From: Bacteroidales bacterium
GTDB lineage: Bacteria; Bacteroidota; Bacteroidia; Bacteroidales; VadinHA17
Assembly (NCBI GenBank): GCA_034522515.1
Contig: JAXHLF010000017.1
Span: 18,971 to 82,970, forward strand
DNA length: 64,000 bases
Direction of reading: 5' to 3'
A program made the position numbers and the translations under genes. Positions 33,779 to 43,065 of the stretch are shown piece after piece. The notes under the pieces are model-generated. The model saw nothing but the letters and a program-made list of their open reading frames with translations. It was not told the DNA's origin and did not search any database. Every line of letters begins with the position of its first letter. Positions within the stretch are counted from its first letter, which is position 1.

Positions 33779-34918
33779 ATGCTGATGAAAAAAATTATCA
33801 TGCTGGCTGCCGCCCTTTTGCTTCTCACAGCCTGTCCTTCAGAGCAGGAGAAACGATCAGGACCTGCTGACCCTGCCGCCTCGGCTGAGACTGTAAATAT
33901 GCTGGCCGGACTGAAGGCCGCCACGGAAAAGGGAATAATGTTCGGTCACCAGGATGACCTGTCCTACGGTATAGGATGGATCTATCCCGGCGGCGAGTCG
34001 GACGTGAAAAAGGTCACCGGAGACTACCCGGCCGTATACGGCATGGACCTGGGAGATATCGAGCACAGGGCTCCTGTGAACCTCGATTCCGTTCCCTTTG
34101 ATCATATGAAGACCTTTGTCAGATGAGATATGGTCACGCGGAGGAGTGATCACCTTCAGCTGGCACGTTGATAACCCTCTGACCGATGGCGATTCATGGG
34201 ATGTCACCTCCGACAGGGTGGTGGCATCCGTCCTCCCCGGCGGAGAGAGCCATGAGAAATTCAAGGCTATGGCTTGATAACCTGGCTGAGTTCCTTGGCT
34301 CACTCAGGGATGAGAACGGCGTTGCCATCCCGGTCATCTTCCGCCCCTGGCATGAGCATACCGGAAGCTGGTTCTGGTGGGGACAGAAGCTCTGTACCGA
34401 TGAGGAGTTCATTTCGCTCTGGCGGTACACCTTCAACTATCTCTGCGGTGAGAAGAACCTTCACAACCTGCTGTTCGCATACTCAAGCTCAGGCAACATC
34501 ACGGGCAAGGCTCAGTATCTTGAGCGTTATCCGGGAGATGACTACGTTGACCTGGTAGGGTTCGATTATTACCAGATGCCCGCAGGCCGGCAACGCAGTC
34601 GTTTATAGAAGAGGTTGACAGGGTTCTGGGCAATTCGTGACAGCCGCTGCGGCAGAACACGGCAAGCTTGCGGCCCTGACTGAGGCGGGTTATGAAGGGC
34701 ATACCGGACTCCAACGTGGTGGACGGGCACCCTGTGGCCGGCCGTGAAGGATCATAAGATCTCCTACCTCTCTGGTCTGGCGCAATGCCCATAACAAGCC
34801 AGGCCATTTCTATGCACCCTGGCCCGGGCATCTGAGTGAAAAGGATTTCATTGATTTCCATAACATGCCTGAGACACTCTTCCAGAAAGATCTGACTGAG
34901 ATGGGGCTATATAAGTAA
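33779..34918 (+). CDS. GH26 beta-mannanase; 3-4 frameshifts
   Basis: Lipoprotein signal (LLLLTACPS). Also [24 protein letters not shown] and DLVGFDYY, which are typical GH26 motifs. The C-terminus ...LTEMGLYK ends at 34918. Confidence 0.75.
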
Positions 34919-34941
34919 GGATTTATTTAAAGGACGGTTAT

Positions 34942-36121
34942 ATGAATGATTTTAAACTCCGCATTGAGAGGCTGATTAACGATCACGAGGCCCTGATCAA
35001 ACGAAAGAACAGGAAGATTGAACCGGGGAACGGAATCTTTCACCGGTATGAGTTCCCGGTGCTCACCGGAAGCCATGCGCCGCTCGCCTGGCGGTATGAT
35101 CTGAACTATGCAACCAATCCTCACCTGATGGAACGCTTCGGCATCAATGCCGCATTCAACGCCGGCGCCATGAAGCACAACGGCAAATATCTGCTGGTGG
35201 CGAGGGTGGAGGGTTATGACAGGAAGTCGTTCTTCGCCATAGCCGAGAGTCCCAACGGTATTGACAACTTCCGTTTCTGGGAGCGTCCGGTCACCATGCC
35301 TGAGACCTCTGACCCGGACATCAATGTCTATGATATGAGACTGACACATCATGAAGACGGGTGGATCTATGGGGTATTCTGCACTGAGAGGAAAGACCCG
35401 AAAGCATCTCCCGTGGACCTCTCCTCGGCGGTGGCAGCCGCTGGTATAGCACGTACCCACGACCTGGTCAGCTGGGAGCGGCTGCCAGACCTCATCTCGC
35501 CGAGCCAGCAGCGCAACGTGGTGCTTCATAATGAGTTTGTCAACGGGAAATATGCTCTTTATACCCGTCCTCAGGACGGATTCATCGATGCCGGCAGCGG
35601 AGGAGGGATAGGCTGGGCGCTGGTGAAAGACATTACCCGTGCGGAGATACTGCCGGGAGAGGAGAAGATCATCAACTTCAGGCATTATCATACCATCAAG
35701 GAGCTGAAGAACGGAGAGGGACCACACCCAATAAGGACACCCATGGGATGGCTTCACCTGGCGCATGGAGTGAGAGGGTGCGCTGCAGGATCTGCGCATG
35801 ACGTTCTCTACCTCTACATGACTGCACCTGCATGACCCGTCCGTGGTGATGGCGGAACCGGGAGGTTACTTCATGGCTCCCGAGGGAGAGGAACGCATCG
35901 GCGACGTATCTAACGTACTCTTCTCAAACGGATGGATCACGGATGAAGACGGAACCGTATATATCTATTATGCATCGTCTGACAGCCGGATGCACGTAGC
36001 GGTATCCAGCGTCGACAAGCTGATCGATTACTGCCTGAATACACCTCCTGACGGGTTTCGCTCTGCGGCCTCAGTGGAGTCATTGAACAGTATCATAACG
36101 CGCAAAAGGGAGTTCCTCTGA
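34942..36121 (+). CDS. GH130 4-O-beta-D-mannosyl-D-glucose phosphorylase-like enzyme; one frameshift
   Basis: [23 protein letters not shown]...[20 protein letters not shown]... is typical of GH130 subfamily 1. The fragments 34942..35835 and 35843..36121 join near 35800-35850. Confidence 0.8.
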
Positions 36122-36136
36122 AAGAGATGACCCCAG

Positions 36137-37331
36137 ATGCCAGAACAACTGCTTGCGGAGATGAGGGCCGGGGCCATGGAGGAGCTGACGCGCAACATCC
36201 TGCCATACTGGATAAAACGGATGCCCGACGAAAAGGAGGGAGGCTTCTTCGGCCGGATAGACGGGCACGATAGTGTTATTGCCGGTGCGCCGAAGGGGGC
36301 CATACTCAATGCAAGAATCCTCTGGAGCTTCTCGGCTGCATATATCGATGTTAAGGATCCGGTATACCTGGAGATGGCACACCGCGCCTATGATTATATC
36401 TGCCGACACTTCTTCGACGACAAATCCGGAGGGACATACTGGTGCCTTAAGAGCAGCGGTGAACCCCTGGATACAAAGAAGCAGATATATTCTCTTGCAT
36501 TTTTTATTTATGCCCTCAGCTGGTACCACATGGCCACAGGCGACAAGGAATCGCTAGACAGGGCCGTGGATCTGTACAATCTCATCGAAAAACATAGTTT
36601 TGACCGCAGGCTCAACGGTTATTTTGAGGCTTTTGACCGCCAGTGGGGCGAGCTGGCCGACCTGCGTCTGAGCGAAAAGGATGAGAATGAGAAGAAGACG
36701 ATGAACACTCACCTTCACATCCTTGAGGCATACACAAGCCTGTACCGCATCTGGCCCGATGCATGACTGAAGCAGCAGCTTGGCAACATGGTGAGCCTGT
36801 TTGCAGATAAGGATCATTGATGCCGAGTCGACCTCGACTCTCAGACTCTTCTTTGACGAGCAGTGGAACTGCCGCTCAACGATAGTGTCATACGGCCATG
36901 ACATTGAGGCGTCGTGGCTCCTGTACGAGGCTGCCGCAGCAATTGGCGAAGGTGACTCCGTCAGGGAGGTCGCGCTGCGTGTGGCACAGGCGGCGATTGA
37001 GGGACTGGCTGATGACGGGAGTCTTTGGTATGAGCGTGATGATGCAAAGGGTCACTTCGACCGCGACAGGCACTGGTGGGTGCAGTCGGAGGCCGTGGTG
37101 GGATTCATCAACGCCTGGCAGCTGAGCGGTGATAACGTATGGCTAGAGCGGGCAGCTGAAGCTTTTAAATACATCAGTGATCATCTGGCTGACCCTGTCA
37201 ATGGCGAGTGGTTCTGGAGCATCCGCGAGCGACGGTCGGTAAACCGCGATGATGACAAGGCCGGCTTCTGGAAATGCCCGTATCACAATACCAGGATGTG
37301 TCTTGAGATTATTGCCAGGAGCAGGGAATAG
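36137..37331 (+). CDS. AGE-family epimerase (cellobiose 2-epimerase-like); one frameshift
   Basis: N-acylglucosamine-2-epimerase-fold motifs (ILPYWI, GGFF, HLHILEAYT, HDIEASWLL, KCPYHN). Its position next to GH130 and GH26 fits the mannobiose epimerase step. Confidence 0.75.
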
Positions 37332-37514
37332 GGAGTAGGGAGTAGGCAGTAGTCGGGTCTTAAGGCAAGGATGTGTTGCCGTATGAGACGAGAGGGACAG
37401 GGATCCGTGAAAATTATGCCTGCGGCCCTTATTTCATCTGTTTTTTGTTCGCTGATTCCCATCCTTTTTGTAATTTCGTAAGCAATCACTTAAAAGAAAG
37501 AAAGGGCTTATATC

Positions 37515-38372
37515 ATGACTTATGTAATCATCGGTTTGTTTGTTCTGCTGATCTTCTTCATGGGGATCAGGATTGTCAGACCCACTCACAGGGCGCTGAT
37601 CGAGCGTCTGGGTAAATACATTCATTTCGCCCAGCCGGGTTTCCACTGGATCATTCCCATCATCGACAAGATGTACCAGGTCAATGTGACCGAGCAGATG
37701 GTTGATGCGGAGCCGCAGGAGATCATAACAAACGATAACCTCAACGCCAGCGTCGATGCACAGGTTTATTTCAGGGTCAAAGCTGATGAGGAGAGCGTGA
37801 AAGGTTCAATTTACAATGTTGCCAACTTCAGGTACCAGATCGTCAACCTGGCCCGTACCACCCTTCGTAACATCATCGGTACCATGACGCTTAAGTCGGC
37901 CAACAGCGAGCGTGGCAAGATCAATGCCGAGCTTTATAATACGTTGCATACCGAGACACAGGGATGGGGTATCGAGATCGTCCGCACCGAGCTCAAGCAG
38001 ATTGACCCGCCCAAGGATGTACAGGAGACGATGAACAAGGTAGTGAAGGCCGAGAATGAGAAGATAGCTGCCATAGATATGGCTTCTGCCGCCGAAACGG
38101 TTGCCGACGGTGTGAAGAGGGCGAAGATCAAGGAAGCTGAGGGAGCCAAGCAGGCGAAGATCCTTCAGGCTGAAGGCGAGGCTGAGTTCATCAGGCTGGT
38201 TAATGAGTCTGCCGAGAGATATTTTGTTGGTAATGCACAGATATTAAGAAAGTTGCAGGCTCTGGAGACATCGTTGCAGACAAATACGAAGATTGTAGTT
38301 CCGACCGGCAGTGACCTGGTGAATGTCATTGGCGACATGGCCGGTGTTGCACCGTTGCCCGGTAAAAAATAA
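37515..38372 (+). CDS. SPFH/Band-7 (stomatin/prohibitin-like) membrane protein
   Basis: Intact 285 aa with an N-terminal TM, an SPFH core (VRPTHRALIERLGKY..., TRDN-like TNDNLNASVDA) and a coiled-coil tail. Confidence 0.8.
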   Translation: MTYVIIGLFVLLIFFMGIRIVRPTHRALIERLGKYIHFAQPGFHWIIPIIDKMYQVNVTEQMVDAEPQEIITNDNLNASVDAQVYFRVKADEESVKGSIYNVANFRYQIVNLARTTLRNIIGTMTLKSANSERGKINAELYNTLHTETQGWGIEIVRTELKQIDPPKDVQETMNKVVKAENEKIAAIDMASAAETVADGVKRAKIKEAEGAKQAKILQAEGEAEFIRLVNESAERYFVGNAQILRKLQALETSLQTNTKIVVPTGSDLVNVIGDMAGVAPLPGKK

Positions 38373-38390
38373 TATTTCACAAATAATTAT

Positions 38391-38398
38391 TATTTTTG
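38391..38398 (+). promoter_or_regulatory. candidate -7 promoter box for the tRNA-Cys tandem
   Basis: TATTTTTG fits TAnnTTTG. It ends 10 nt upstream of the first tRNA-like copy at 38409. Confidence 0.4.
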
Positions 38399-38408
38399 CA
38401 CCCGCATT

Positions 38409-38530
38409 GGTCGGTTGGCCGAGTGGCTAGGCATCGGTCTGCAAAACCGGGGACGGCGGTTCGAACCGAACGAGCGAAGCGAGAGAGCTCGCGAGCGGAA
38501 CGAAGTGAGGCGAGCAATCTGCCACCGGTA
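38409..38530 (+). pseudogene. tRNA-Cys-like gene with a 52-nt insertion in the T-loop and a degenerate 3' end
   Basis: The first 57 nt (38409-38465) match the downstream tRNA-Cys at 56/57, including anticodon GCA. Then come 52 unrelated nt (38466-38517), then tctgccaccggta, which is a weak match to tccgccaccgacc. Confidence 0.7.
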
Positions 38531-38569
38531 GTTAACGTTATTTGAATAGAGATGTCTTAAGAATATAAT

Positions 38570-38640
38570 GGTCGGTTGGCCGAGTGGCTAGGCATCGGTC
38601 TGCAAAACCGGGTACGGCGGTTCGAATCCGCCACCGACCT
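38570..38640 (+). tRNA. tRNA-Cys (anticodon GCA)
   Basis: Hand-folded 71-nt cloverleaf: acceptor ggtcggt/accgacc, anticodon stem tcggt/accgg with loop ctGCAaa, T arm ggcgg-ttcgaat-ccgcc, discriminator U. Confidence 0.9.
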
Positions 38641-38649
38641 CAATTTAAA

Positions 38650-38688
38650 AACTCAATTTGCACATCTATAGCAAGTTGAGTTTTTTTA
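38650..38688 (+). terminator. possible terminator after tRNA-Cys
   Basis: aaaaactcaa ... ttgagttttttt: a 7-10 bp AT-rich stem with a long loop, followed by T7. Confidence 0.4.
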
Positions 38689-39653
38689 TTTGCATAATTG
38701 GCCCATTATCGGCCCAATAACAAGTAAACTGTCTTCAGTTCGTTTTAAATATTTTTATCTATGTACTCTCACCTCAGGAAGTATTGACCACGTGCTGGCA
38801 GATCACCCCGAGTTGCTGATTCGAATCCAGTGAGTCCAACAAAACATATATTAGGATTTCGACGGATTTTAAATTTCCGTAAAACGGACAGTAAAGTAGA
38901 TCATCTTGAAAACTGAGAATATGCTCCTACCCAGGACATTTTTTGGAATCCTTGGATATAAAGTACAAGATATGAGTCAGATATGAGGAATACAATTCAA
39001 CACAACTTAATTACAGCTTAAATGGTCTACCCCATTATAAGTCTTAGTAATATCTCCCATATAGCTTCATTACGTGCTAATGGTAAAGATTAATGCAAAC
39101 TTGTTTTTCATTCTTGTATTTCATTATAATTGTGTGAGATATCCGGGTGAATCCCGGATTAGCCCATAAAGAATAAATCTTATAGCGTCAAGAATTATTG
39201 ACCCTGTAGAATTCACACGTTTCAAGCTTTAGTTTTGTTACCCTTATTGCAGTGTCTCGTCCTAGAAAAACCTTACACATTTGGTTAGTAATCCTGATTT
39301 CACTTTACAATTCCAATTGGTTAATCCTAAATGAGCTTTACAGTACCTGACAATGATAGTTCAATATTATCAAACAAGTATTTATTCTTTCATTTTTTCT
39401 CGTTTAGAATATTGTTTCCATCGCTTTCTTACTAATCCTTCTTGTGTATGAGCTATTTAGGGACGAGACGAAGAAAATATTATCAGGGGGAAGAGAAGAG
39501 GATCCTGTTTTCCGTAAATTCTGATAAAGCAGGATTTAGGAAATTTCAGTTTCAGCCGAATTCTTTTAAAACAGTCCATGCACAACAATGAATACTGTTC
39601 ATTTCCAATATACCGTTAGTGACATATTGGTAAATCCAATACAGTTTTGCTTT

Positions 39654-39693
39654 ATAATTCCCGATAATTCCCGATAATTCCCGATAATTCCCG
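39654..39693. repeat. four perfect 10-bp direct repeats (ataattcccg)
   Basis: Copies at 39654-39663, 39664-39673, 39674-39683 and 39684-39693. They end 56 bp upstream of the first gene of the peptide locus. Confidence 0.9.
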
Positions 39694-39748
39694 GATTTCT
39701 TATAAATATACTTTGTAGTTTTAAACTTGTCAAACTAACTGTTCTGGT

Positions 39749-41392
39749 ATGTTTTTTAGCTCAGGCGGCGATAGTAATGTCATTGAGGTTGTTTATCGGG
39801 CTTTGTCATTCTATAAAGTAAAGGTCAGAAAGGCAACCATCAGCAGATACTTGCAACCTCACCCTGAGTATCCCACCTTGAAGAGTGTATGCGATCTGCT
39901 TAAGAGTATTCATTTGGACTATTATCCCACTAAAAGTTGAAGAGAATGAGCTCTTGGGACTTTCAAAGCCATTTATTGCACATACTAATGAAGGGGGTGG
40001 AAAGATTTTGCTTATTTATAACATAGGGAAACAAAAAATTGTATATGCTGATTCGTGCAGAGGCAGTAAAGTGGTAAGCACTAGAGTTTCTTTGAATTAT
40101 GGAGCGGAGTAGTCATCCTTCTTGAACCAACAGAGAAGTCAGAGAGAAAAAGACTATAAGGAGAACAAGAGAGGAAATCTCTAAAAATGCAAATTGTTCC
40201 CTTTGTTTTTATTCTGTTTCTTTTCACATGTTTATATGGTCTGGTTTTAAACGTAGTAGAAAACGAAACCCTTTCGAGCAAGTTCATAATCCTCGTATTG
40301 ATTAATTTGACGGGGGTTATCATTTCTCTGCTGTTACTCCTTAGTGAACTTGATATTCATAGTACCCTTACTGATAAGTTATGCCACATAAGTACAAATG
40401 TGAATTGTAATGCTGTAACCAGAAGCGGGGCATCGAAAATATTCGGGGCCATTGGCTGGGCAGACATTGGAGTAGCATTTTTCGGTAGTGGACTTTTACT
40501 TCTGTTTTAATTTATCTTATACTGAAGCAATACCCCTCCTTTCCATATTTGCAGTTGCTGCAGTGCCATACCCATTTTTTTCAGTCTTATATCAGGGACT
40601 TAAAGTAAGGAAATGGTGTCCCCTTTGTCTTTCGGTACAAGCATTATTGATTTCAGAATTCATACTATTAGTGAATTCTGTTTCAGTTGAAATGATCACA
40701 ATACGGGCCATTGGAATGACTGTTATTACTTTCGGTATCGTATTGGTTATCACCCTTCTCATTAAGGTCCTTTACAGTTCAAACAAGGAGACTGACAGCC
40801 TTCACCTAAGATTGGCCAAAGTGAAGAGGGATCCGTCATTCTTTTTCACTCAGTTAAAGCGGGGCAGAAAGATAGAGATCCCGGTAAGTAAGCATTCTCT
40901 GATCTTTGGTGAACCAGCAGAGCGAAATAACATTAAGTGTTTTCTAAAGTTTCTACTGCACCTATTGTGCAAAGCTGTACAAGTCAGTTATGGGCTTGAT
41001 TGAGAATAACACGAAAATCAGGATCAGACTAATATTGCGGATCTCCCAGGGATGAATTATCCACACAAATGACAGCTCTTCTCAGCTCCTTGATTGAGAA
41101 TGGAGAAACAAGGTTGATTCCTGGTCTTATTGAACAATGGTATGTTGCCTCTCCAAATCAGCGGAAAGAACTATTAAGTGGAAATCGAACAGTCAAAGAT
41201 AATAATATAATCTCCGAGTTTATTTTTATTAATTCAGAGCTCTTTAAGGCAAATAATATAGTTGGAGTGCCGGCTGTATTTGTAAATGACTATCCTTTAC
41301 CGAAAATATACGATTTGGAAGATCTCAATTCTCTTGCTGAGGAGATTGAGGGCGAAGAAAGTGAAATAAAAGAAGCTATGATTCAAACCTGA
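39749..41392 (+). CDS. C39-like / vitamin K epoxide reductase (VKOR) / thioredoxin-fold (DsbA-like) fusion protein; about 4 frameshifts
   Basis: The fragments tile about 548 codons. The N-domain resembles a C39 peptidase fold but has no Cys before residue 48. TM helices carry the loop cysteines (CHISTNVNC) and the VKOR CxxC (KWCPLCLSV). A second CxxC (SFYCTYCAKLY, alternate frame near 40950) and GVPAVFVNDYPLP belong to a thioredoxin fold. Confidence 0.65.
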
Positions 41393-41575
41393 AGAGAAGG
41401 GCAGAAAGCATTACAGGATTTTGCTGCCGTTGCTCTCTGCCCGGACCTTCCTTAAAAGAAAGGAGGTGAAGTGACAAAGATATTATAATAATGATAATGA
41501 GGGTTCGAGTCCCTGTCATTGAAAGGATATAAATGACGGTTGCGCAATGTCTTTTTAAACTTAATTCTTAATGAA

Positions 41576-41785
41576 ATGAGAAATGTTGATAAATTAAAGA
41601 TCAGTCCTGAAAAGCTCCTAAAGAACGATGAATTGTCGAAATTAAGAGGTGGAGGTACTTGCATTTGTTTCTATTCCAATGGTTCTATTGCAATTACCGG
41701 AGCTGCACAAAATGCGGGAGACTGTAGTGATATGTGCGTTTTTGGAGGAGGTTATTCATATTTCCCGGGGAGTAACGAGACATAG
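41576..41785 (+). CDS. double-glycine-leader precursor peptide (class II bacteriocin-like, 4 Cys)
   Basis: MRNVDKLKISPEKLLKNDELSKLRGG | GTCICFYSNGSIAITGAAQNAGDCSDMCVFGGGYSYFPGSNET. The leader fits the ELxxLxGG consensus. The ATG at 41576 is preferred over the TTG at 41540 used by the ORF track. Confidence 0.75.
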   Translation: MRNVDKLKISPEKLLKNDELSKLRGGGTCICFYSNGSIAITGAAQNAGDCSDMCVFGGGYSYFPGSNET

Positions 41786-41813
41786 TGTTATTGAGTAAAT
41801 TATGTACTGATAT

Positions 41814-41837
41814 AGGCTGGATTAAAGCATTCAGCCT
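41814..41837 (+). terminator. stem-loop after the precursor gene (possible partial terminator/attenuator)
   Basis: aggctg-gattaaagcatt-cagcct, starting 29 nt after the precursor stop. No clear U-run follows. Confidence 0.3.
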
Positions 41838-41912
41838 CTATTAAGAAACATTAAATTAAGATGTCATGCTGAATAAGATCAAATAAAATAACTTCATGAG
41901 GAGATTAAAATA

Positions 41913-43065
41913 ATGAAACAATACTTGTATATGGTTTTCTTTTTACCACTGTTGTCTTGTAACTCCCCGGTTAGCAAGATTACAGAGGTTGATCTTGAAA
42001 ACCTCAATGGTGAAGAGATCACATTATCTGAGATTGCTGATGATATAACCTATGTCCCTCTCGACAATGATTACCCGATGAGTATCTACTTCCAGAGAAT
42101 CGAAATACTCGAAGATACCATATATCTGACTGAGAAAGATATCGGGATGTTTGCGCTGGACATGTCAGGTAAAATGGTAAAAAGGTATGGAAGCAAAGGG
42201 CGAGGACCGGGAGAGTATATGTATGGAAATAAGTTTACAATAGACCGGAAAGGTCAAATTCTCTATCTGCTGGATATGAAGAGCATATTAAAATACTCCC
42301 TGGATGGGACTTATCTGGGGAAAATTTCTCTGGATAAGTATCCTGGGAATTTCAAAGAGTTGAGATTCAAAGATTCTCAGTTAATACTGTTCGAGTATAT
42401 AGCCTTAGGAGAAGCTGTCTATGACTGGATTGTAATGATGACAGCTCCGGTAACCTTGTCAGTGAAAAACTAAATTATATTCCTTCTTTTAAAAGTACAT
42501 TCGGTCCGGGTGGAGGTGTTTATGAATTTGACGAGAGTATTGGCTACTGGAATGGTTATAACGACACAGTTTTTTCTATTGCCGGGGATTTGGGCTACAG
42601 CACCTCATTCCTCTTGGCTCCTTCTGAACTTAGGTGGCCCAGAAATGATATAGAGCCTGCCTTAGTGTCGAAATATATCGGGTTACATCTTATACTGGAG
42701 ACAGAGCGCTTTATTATTTTAAAGTATTTTTTCAAAGAGCAAACCCTCGGATTCATTGATAAGCATATTAAGCGGTCATATAAAGTGAGTTGGCAGCCCG
42801 TGAATCACCTTGATAACAATGGAGGTTTGCCAAATGATCTGGACGGGGGAGTCCCATTCGAACCAAAGCACTATTTTGAGGAAAACGGGGTTGAATACCT
42901 TGTTGGTTTCACGCAGCCGGTTAACATGCTGACACGGATCAGCTCAGGGACTTCTCAAATTCAGCTGCAAAATACCCTGAGAAGAAAGAGGCTCTGATTA
43001 AACTGGCAGAAGAAATTAAGGAAACAGATAATTCTATATTAACTATCGTCAGGCTGAAGAAATAG
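41913..43065 (+). CDS. 6-bladed beta-propeller family lipoprotein, paralog 1; 2 frameshifts
   Basis: Signal and lipobox MVFFLPLLSCNS. TYVPLDNDYPMSIYFQRIEILEDTIYL...RGPGEY is typical of the Bacteroidales 6-bladed beta-propeller lipoprotein family. Frame changes lie near 42435 and 42930. The C-terminus is ...ILTIVRLKK. Confidence 0.6.

Noticed and set aside
37326-37350. Short 7-bp tandem (tagggag x3) overlapping the epimerase stop codon
   Set aside because: It is too short and imperfect to interpret. It is likely simple slippage with no evident function.
38762-38843. Possible extra tRNA gene (tgtactc ... gattcgaatccagtgagtcca)
   Set aside because: The T-arm-like and acceptor-like ends are present, but I could not fold a D arm or an anticodon arm. 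It is treated as a decayed tRNA 3'-end/att relic at most.
41452-41664. 70-aa minus-strand ORF overlapping the precursor peptide gene
   Set aside because: It is antisense to a peptide gene with a textbook GG leader, and it spans an intergenic AT-rich spacer. It is spurious.
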